From an uncultured Spartobacteria bacterium (GTDB taxonomy: Bacteria; Verrucomicrobiota; Verrucomicrobiia; Chthoniobacterales; UBA6821): 52,218 nucleotides of DNA. Made by a program: the position numbers and the translations under genes. A model generated the notes under the pieces. That model was not told the origin of the DNA. It worked only from the letters and a program-made list of their open reading frames with translations, and made no database searches. Below, piece by piece: positions 47,563 through 52,218 of this stretch. The DNA is taken from NCBI GenBank assembly GCA_903823215.1, contig CAIJRY010000142.1, positions 1 through 52,218 on the forward strand. The letters run 5' to 3'. Every line of letters starts with the position of its first letter. The stretch's first letter is position 1.

Positions 47563-47999
47563 GGTAGGAAAGACTCCGGGATCGGCAGTGTGTCCTCGAG
47601 AGAGCGTTGTGACCAGTAGCTCTTCTCTAATGGGATTTGGTACCCATGAACGAGCACCTCGGCCCGAACGGCATGAGGAGAGTCATCTTTCCATCCGGCA
47701 CTTATCAGGAGATCCTCTCCCTTGGTGATTTCGACGGCGGCACGGTATTCGCCTGGGGCAATGGAGTTTGATTCGGTGAGCAGCACAACGCCACCTTGAC
47801 TGACGGAACAATGGATCGGTGATGGAGCTGCATGAAGCAAGAGCGTGACTCGAAGTGGAGAAGAGGAATTTTTGGACTCATTGTTGGAGGAGATCACCTC
47901 TGGGGCTTCCTGCTTTCGGGTTATCCTGAAGACAGGCCAGAGTACCGCGGCAAGGAATAGAAGGATGAGTGCTATCCTTAAGAGCGGGTTGCCTTTCAT
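47559..47999 (-). CDS. hypothetical membrane-anchored protein, first gene of the metal ABC operon
   Basis: The start is trimmed to ATG 47999 (MKGNPLLRIALILLFLAAVLWPVF...). It has a single N-terminal TM helix followed by a roughly 110-aa beta-rich domain. It overlaps the ATPase start by 4 nt. No recognisable family. Confidence 0.5.
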   Translation of the reverse strand: MKGNPLLRIALILLFLAAVLWPVFRITRKQEAPEVISSNNESKNSSSPLRVTLLLHAAPSPIHCSVSQGGVVLLTESNSIAPGEYRAAVEITKGEDLLISAGWKDDSPHAVRAEVLVHGYQIPLEKSYWSQRSLEDTLPIPESFLP

Positions 48000-48089
48000 G
48001 CTGAAAAGAGTAAAGCAATCCCCAGCGATTAGGGAAATCAAGTTTCCATTCCAATCGACAGCAAGTGGAGGAGTGCTACTTCTTGAATC

Positions 48090-49925
48090 ATGCCCTCCAT
48101 TGCTGTTCAGATAGGTTGTTTTCTATGCATGAGCCCGGTGCTCTTTGCAGGTCAGCTTCCGTCTGAAAAGGAGATTGCGGGGATGCTCATTCAGCAGGCA
48201 GGGCCGCATCCGCGACTTTTTCTGCACGGTGGTGAGGAGGAAAGTCTTAAACAGAGGATAAAGACCACTCCTGTCATGGGTTCCCTTCGCGACTGCGTGA
48301 TTGCCTCTGCGGAGAAAATGCTTTCGGAGCCCCCGCTCACGAGGGTGCTGGAAGGGAAGCGATTGCTGGGGGTCAGTCGTGCCTGCCTGCAACGCGTGGT
48401 GACGCTTTCGATGGGGTGGCGTCTGACGGGCGATCGGCGCTATCTTGAGCGTGCCCGGCAGGAACTGCTCGCTGTCGCTGCATTCAGCGACTGGCATCCC
48501 GAGCATTTTCTTGATGTGGCTGAGATGACAGCCGGTGTGGCGATAGGCTACGATTGGCTGTATCAGTCGCTTGATCCTCCGACGCGCTTGATTCTCAGCA
48601 AGGCGATCATCGAGAAGGGCATCAACCCCTCGTTTCAGGAAAAATTTTCAAGATGGGCAGCTGCCCGCAACAATTGGAACCAGGTTTGTAACGGCGGCCT
48701 TGTTTTGGGAGCGCTCTCGGTGGCTGACGAGCAACCCGAACTGGCCGCCCGGGTGATCACTCGGGCGCTTGCTTCCGTTCCCTTGGCCACGGCGGCTTAC
48801 GCGCCGGATGGTGCCTATCCCGAGGGTCCGGGATACTGGAGTTACGGCACGACCTACAGCGTCCTGATGATCGAGGCCTTGAAGTCAGTGCTAGGCACAG
48901 ATTTCAACCTGACAAAGCAACCGGGCTTTCTCTCATCGGGTGACTTCATGCTTCATGCCACCGGATCGAGCGGCCAATGTTTTGATTATTCCGACAGCAA
49001 GCCCAATTTAGGTATCGAGCCTTCACTCTTCTGGATAGCTTCACAGCGGCACGATCCGGCGATCCTGTGGTTCATGGACAAGATGTTGGCTGGCTCCCGC
49101 AAACCTAGTGATGCTGAGGGAGAAAGATTATCCCTTATCCTGCTCTGGATGGATCCGATGCTCAGGGCGGTTCAACCCACGGTGCTCGACTGGAAGGCCG
49201 ATGGCCCTAATCCGGTAGCCTTCCTTCGCAGTGGGTGGGGACATGATGATCTTTTTGTGGGAATCAAGGGAGGATCCCCCTCGGTGAACCACGCCCATAT
49301 GGATATCGGTTCCTTTGTCTTTGATGCACTAGGAGTGAGATGGGCTCATGCGCTTGGGATGCAGGATTACAACTCGCTGGAAAGTCGCGGCATCGATCTC
49401 TTCAATGGGAAGCAGGATTCTCAACGCTGGCAGGTCTTTCGGATAAGCAACCATTCCAAGAACATGATTGTAATCAATGAAGGACTTCAGAGTGTGAAGG
49501 GAAAGGCGGAGATCATCACGAGAGGATTTGGCACTCAGGAACCTGTTGCCGATTTGGATTGTTCCACGGTTTTTGATGGGCAGGCCCGCAAGGTTGAAAG
49601 GGTGTGCTCTCTACCAGGGCGGAAATCATTGCGGATCGATGATACCGTTGATTCCGTCTCCAAGGATGGGATTGTCCGCTGGCAGATGATGACTGATGCG
49701 ATGATCCGGATTTCAGGATCAACAGCTGAGCTTACCAAAAATGGGAGAAGCCTTGCTGTTCGGTGTCTGCAACCGGAAGGGAGCGTATGGAAGGAAGTCG
49801 ATGTCTCCGCGCCCAAACATGAATACGATGCTCCCAATCCGGGAATGAAGCAACTTGTGCTTGAAGTGCCGGTTCATCCAGGTGATTCCCCCAGAATCAC
49901 CGTCATGCTGGAGCCTCATCGTTGA
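48090..49925 (+). CDS. heparinase II/III-like (polysaccharide lyase-like) family protein
   Basis: 611 aa with an N-terminal signal-like segment. FSDWHPEHFLDVAEMT.G.AIGYDWLY, NNWNQVCNGG, YPEGPGYWSYGT and VNHAHMDIGSFVFDALG blocks are typical of the alginate-lyase-like N-domain plus the heparinase II/III C-domain. Confidence 0.7.
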   Translation: MPSIAVQIGCFLCMSPVLFAGQLPSEKEIAGMLIQQAGPHPRLFLHGGEEESLKQRIKTTPVMGSLRDCVIASAEKMLSEPPLTRVLEGKRLLGVSRACLQRVVTLSMGWRLTGDRRYLERARQELLAVAAFSDWHPEHFLDVAEMTAGVAIGYDWLYQSLDPPTRLILSKAIIEKGINPSFQEKFSRWAAARNNWNQVCNGGLVLGALSVADEQPELAARVITRALASVPLATAAYAPDGAYPEGPGYWSYGTTYSVLMIEALKSVLGTDFNLTKQPGFLSSGDFMLHATGSSGQCFDYSDSKPNLGIEPSLFWIASQRHDPAILWFMDKMLAGSRKPSDAEGERLSLILLWMDPMLRAVQPTVLDWKADGPNPVAFLRSGWGHDDLFVGIKGGSPSVNHAHMDIGSFVFDALGVRWAHALGMQDYNSLESRGIDLFNGKQDSQRWQVFRISNHSKNMIVINEGLQSVKGKAEIITRGFGTQEPVADLDCSTVFDGQARKVERVCSLPGRKSLRIDDTVDSVSKDGIVRWQMMTDAMIRISGSTAELTKNGRSLAVRCLQPEGSVWKEVDVSAPKHEYDAPNPGMKQLVLEVPVHPGDSPRITVMLEPHR

Positions 49926-49949
49926 GGGGAGTTTTCCCCGAGATTTTCG

Positions 49950-52016
49950 CTAAGCAGGGACAGGTGCCGCAAGTCCTCCTTCTGGAAAATCTGATTTTGC
50001 AGGCTTGCTTACCTCCGGTGTCGTATCGTTTGGAGGGGGAGGAAGGGGTGGAGGCTTGATGGCAATGACGGGAGGGTTGGTCATTACGCCATGAGTGATG
50101 AGATCTGCGATCTGCGATCCGTCGAGGGTTTCAAACTCCAGGAGGGCCTTGGCGATCAACTCCACCTTGTCTCGCTTGGCTTCCAACATTTCGGTTGCTT
50201 GGGCGTAGGCTTCATCGATCAAACGCTTCACTTCGCTGTCGATATGTTGTGCGGTTGCTTCACTATATTCACGGGCACGGGAGACATCACGCCCGAGAAA
50301 GACCATTTCGTTTTCCTCGCTGAACCGGATCATGCCGAGGCTGCTCATCCCCCATTCGCAAACCATCTTTCTAGCCAGCTTCGTGGCTTGGGCAATATCA
50401 CCGGATGCACCGTTGGAAACATCCCCTGTGAACATCTCCTCGGCGATGCGTCCTCCCATGGTCATGACGAGCATGGCAAGAGCCTCCTTCCGCTGCGTGG
50501 CGTATTTGTCGCCTTCGGGAAGGTACATGGTGGCTCCAAGGTACTGTCCTCGCGGGATGATCGTTACTTTATGAAGGGGGTGGGTGTGATCGAGCAGCAC
50601 ATTGAGAAGCGCATGGCCCGCCTCGTGCCATGCGGTGGAAGTCTTTTCCTTCTCGCTCATTGCCATACTGCGGCGCTCCTTGCCCCAACGCACTTTGTCC
50701 CGCGCTTCTTCGAGATCAAACTGGTCGATGGCTTTTTTCCCGCAGCGCGCAGCCATGAGCGCCGCCTCATTGAGAACATTGGCGAGTTCCGCTCCCGAAT
50801 ATCCCGGGGTGCCGCGGGCGATGAGGCTAAGGTCAACGGATTCGGAAAGTTTCACCTTTTTGGCATGAACACGGAGGATTTCCTCACGACCCTTTACATC
50901 TGGAAGGCTGACAGTCACCTGTCGGTCAAATCTGCCCGGACGAAGCAATGCAGGATCAAGGACATCGGGGCGGTTGGTCGCTGCGATAATGATGACACCG
51001 TCTTGGGCATCGAAACCATCCATCTCGACCAAAAGCTGGTTGAGCGTCTGTTCACGCTCGTCATGACCCCCGCCGACACCATGTCCACGGTGACGACCGA
51101 CTGCATCGATTTCGTCAATAAAGATCAGGCAGGGTGCATTCTTGCGTCCCTGTTCGAACATGTCACGGACACGGGATGCTCCCACGCCGACGAACATCTC
51201 CACAAAATCAGAACCGCTGATGTTGAAAAATGGCACATCAGCTTCGCCTGCAATGGCGCGGGCCAGCAGAGTTTTTCCGGTTCCTGGGGATCCGATCATC
51301 AGGACGCCCTTGGGAATGCGTCCTCCCAGTTTCTGAAATTTTTTCGGATCCCTGAGAAATTCCACCAGTTCCTGAACCTCGTCCTTGGCCTCCTCGACTC
51401 CCGCGACATCCTTGAAGGTGATCTTGTTTTTCTCACGGGCAAGCATCTTGGCCTTGCTCTTGCCGAAGTTCATGGCCCCCTTGCCGGCCATCTTGATCTG
51501 GGAGCGGAAGAAGAAATAGAGCACGACCAGAAAGAGTGCGATCGGCAGGATGTTCAGAATGGTCGAGGCCACCATGTTCGATTCACGCCGGATATTGGGA
51601 GTGATGCCGTAGGCGGCGAGATCCTTTTCCAGAGTGCCACCGTTGAATGGCATGTAGACAACGGTTTTGAAGGGAGTCGGAACCGGTTCCGTGGCGGGGG
51701 GGAGAACTTTCCTATAGTAGCCGGAGAGGGTTTGGGTGTTACTTCCCTCCTCCACAATAAGATCGATCGGTTTCTCCTGGGTGGAGATGATTTTTCCCTC
51801 TTTGAGCAGGGATTCGAAGCGGGGAAGGGTAATTTCCTCGGTTGCGACGAGACCTGATTCTCGGAATAGAAAGGCCCCGCCGATCAATGCGAAGGCAATG
51901 GCAAACAACAGCAATCCCCTCCAGTTGAACTGGGGTTCCTGACTTCCCGGTTCACGGGGAGTGCGTTTTTGTTTCGATGAAGGGCTCTCTTGGGAGTCGG
52001 GTGTCTCGTCTGGCAT
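49950..52016 (-). CDS. ftsH: ATP-dependent zinc metalloprotease FtsH
   Basis: Two N-terminal TM helices, AAA+ Walker [14 protein letters not shown], Walker [10 protein letters not shown], the SRH, and the zinc motif HEAGHAL. It ends in a Pro-rich C-terminal tail. Confidence 0.95.
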   Translation of the reverse strand: MPDETPDSQESPSSKQKRTPREPGSQEPQFNWRGLLLFAIAFALIGGAFLFRESGLVATEEITLPRFESLLKEGKIISTQEKPIDLIVEEGSNTQTLSGYYRKVLPPATEPVPTPFKTVVYMPFNGGTLEKDLAAYGITPNIRRESNMVASTILNILPIALFLVVLYFFFRSQIKMAGKGAMNFGKSKAKMLAREKNKITFKDVAGVEEAKDEVQELVEFLRDPKKFQKLGGRIPKGVLMIGSPGTGKTLLARAIAGEADVPFFNISGSDFVEMFVGVGASRVRDMFEQGRKNAPCLIFIDEIDAVGRHRGHGVGGGHDEREQTLNQLLVEMDGFDAQDGVIIIAATNRPDVLDPALLRPGRFDRQVTVSLPDVKGREEILRVHAKKVKLSESVDLSLIARGTPGYSGAELANVLNEAALMAARCGKKAIDQFDLEEARDKVRWGKERRSMAMSEKEKTSTAWHEAGHALLNVLLDHTHPLHKVTIIPRGQYLGATMYLPEGDKYATQRKEALAMLVMTMGGRIAEEMFTGDVSNGASGDIAQATKLARKMVCEWGMSSLGMIRFSEENEMVFLGRDVSRAREYSEATAQHIDSEVKRLIDEAYAQATEMLEAKRDKVELIAKALLEFETLDGSQIADLITHGVMTNPPVIAIKPPPLPPPPNDTTPEVSKPAKSDFPEGGLAAPVPA

Positions 52017-52060
52017 TGTGGTATCTTATGGACTATTCCAGATAACACATGATGGGGCCA

Positions 52061-52218
52061 ATGCAAACTGCACGACAAAAAACATCTTCTTTTCCATCCT
52101 TGGTTGTCTCGATTCATGATGTCTCCACAGTCACCCGAGGAATAGTCGAGGAAATGCTCAAGGATCTGGCCGGCGCCGGTGTTTCAGTGACTTCCCTGCT
52201 GGTTATTCCCGATCATCA
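52061..52218 (+). CDS. DUF2334-like (polysaccharide-deacetylase-like) protein, 5' fragment running off the window
   Basis: Hand translation from ATG 52061 gives MQTARQKTSSFPSLVVSIHDVSTVTRGIVEEMLKDLAGAGVSVTSLLVIPDHH. The SIHDVS...LLV.P..H pattern resembles the N-terminus of DUF2334 proteins. The ORF is open to the window end. Confidence 0.4.
   Translation, partial: MQTARQKTSSFPSLVVSIHDVSTVTRGIVEEMLKDLAGAGVSVTSLLVIPDH

Noticed and set aside
50091-51857. 588-aa ORF on the + strand opposite ftsH
   Set aside because: It is a shadow ORF. The - strand frame carries unmistakable FtsH motifs (Walker A/B, HEAGHAL), while the + strand product is low-complexity with no motifs.
1-52218. Scan for CRISPR arrays, rRNA genes, transposases, integrases, and phage, toxin-antitoxin or defence gene clusters
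   Set aside because: None found. The only regular repeats are the coding PT-linker repeat and the three intergenic structured elements. Every large ORF has a housekeeping or envelope assignment.

Overview
This is a chromosomal, mostly housekeeping window. It probably comes from a PVC-superphylum bacterium, likely Verrucomicrobiota. That assignment is an inference from gene order and protein style and cannot be verified without a database search.

The core (15.5-33.9 kb, + strand) is one long ribosomal-protein supercluster: rpsL-rpsG-fusA, then rpsJ-rplC-rplD-rplW-rplB-rpsS-[extra ORF]-rplV-rpsC-rplP-rpmC-rpsQ, then rplN-rplX-rplE-rpsH-rplF-rplR-rpsE-rplO-secY-adk-map-infA-rpmJ-rpsM-rpsK-rpsD. 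It closes with a textbook intrinsic terminator.

Left flank: a partial autotransporter, manC, valS, an exported MsrB-MsrA fusion, rpsO-pnp, an OprB-like porin, a lone livH, an S53 peptidase, a LolA-like protein and a DCC-family protein.

Right flank: nagA, a class A PBP, opcA-zwf, an LMW phosphatase-glyA fusion ORF, a small basic protein, a lone nuoA, tRNA-Ser(CGA), a LivJ-like binding lipoprotein, murI, a metal ABC transporter without a binding protein, a heparinase II/III-like protein, ftsH and a partial DUF2334-like ORF.

No rRNA, CRISPR array, transposase, integrase or phage genes were seen.

Most interesting observations:
- A signal-peptide coiled-coil protein gene is wedged between rpsS and rplV inside the S10 operon.
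- A class A PBP has intact glycosyltransferase motifs but a degenerate transpeptidase active site.
- An LMW-PTP/SHMT ORF is in frame with no intervening stop.
- A 267-bp MITE-like structured element and a related pair of about 110-bp repeats sit in the 3' gene spacers.
- The palindrome TTCATGAA occurs three times around the zwf start.
- Several canonical operons are broken or reduced: no tuf, rpsN, rpmD or rpoA-rplQ in their usual places, and nuoA and livH stand alone.

All functional calls come from reading motifs by eye. No searches were run.
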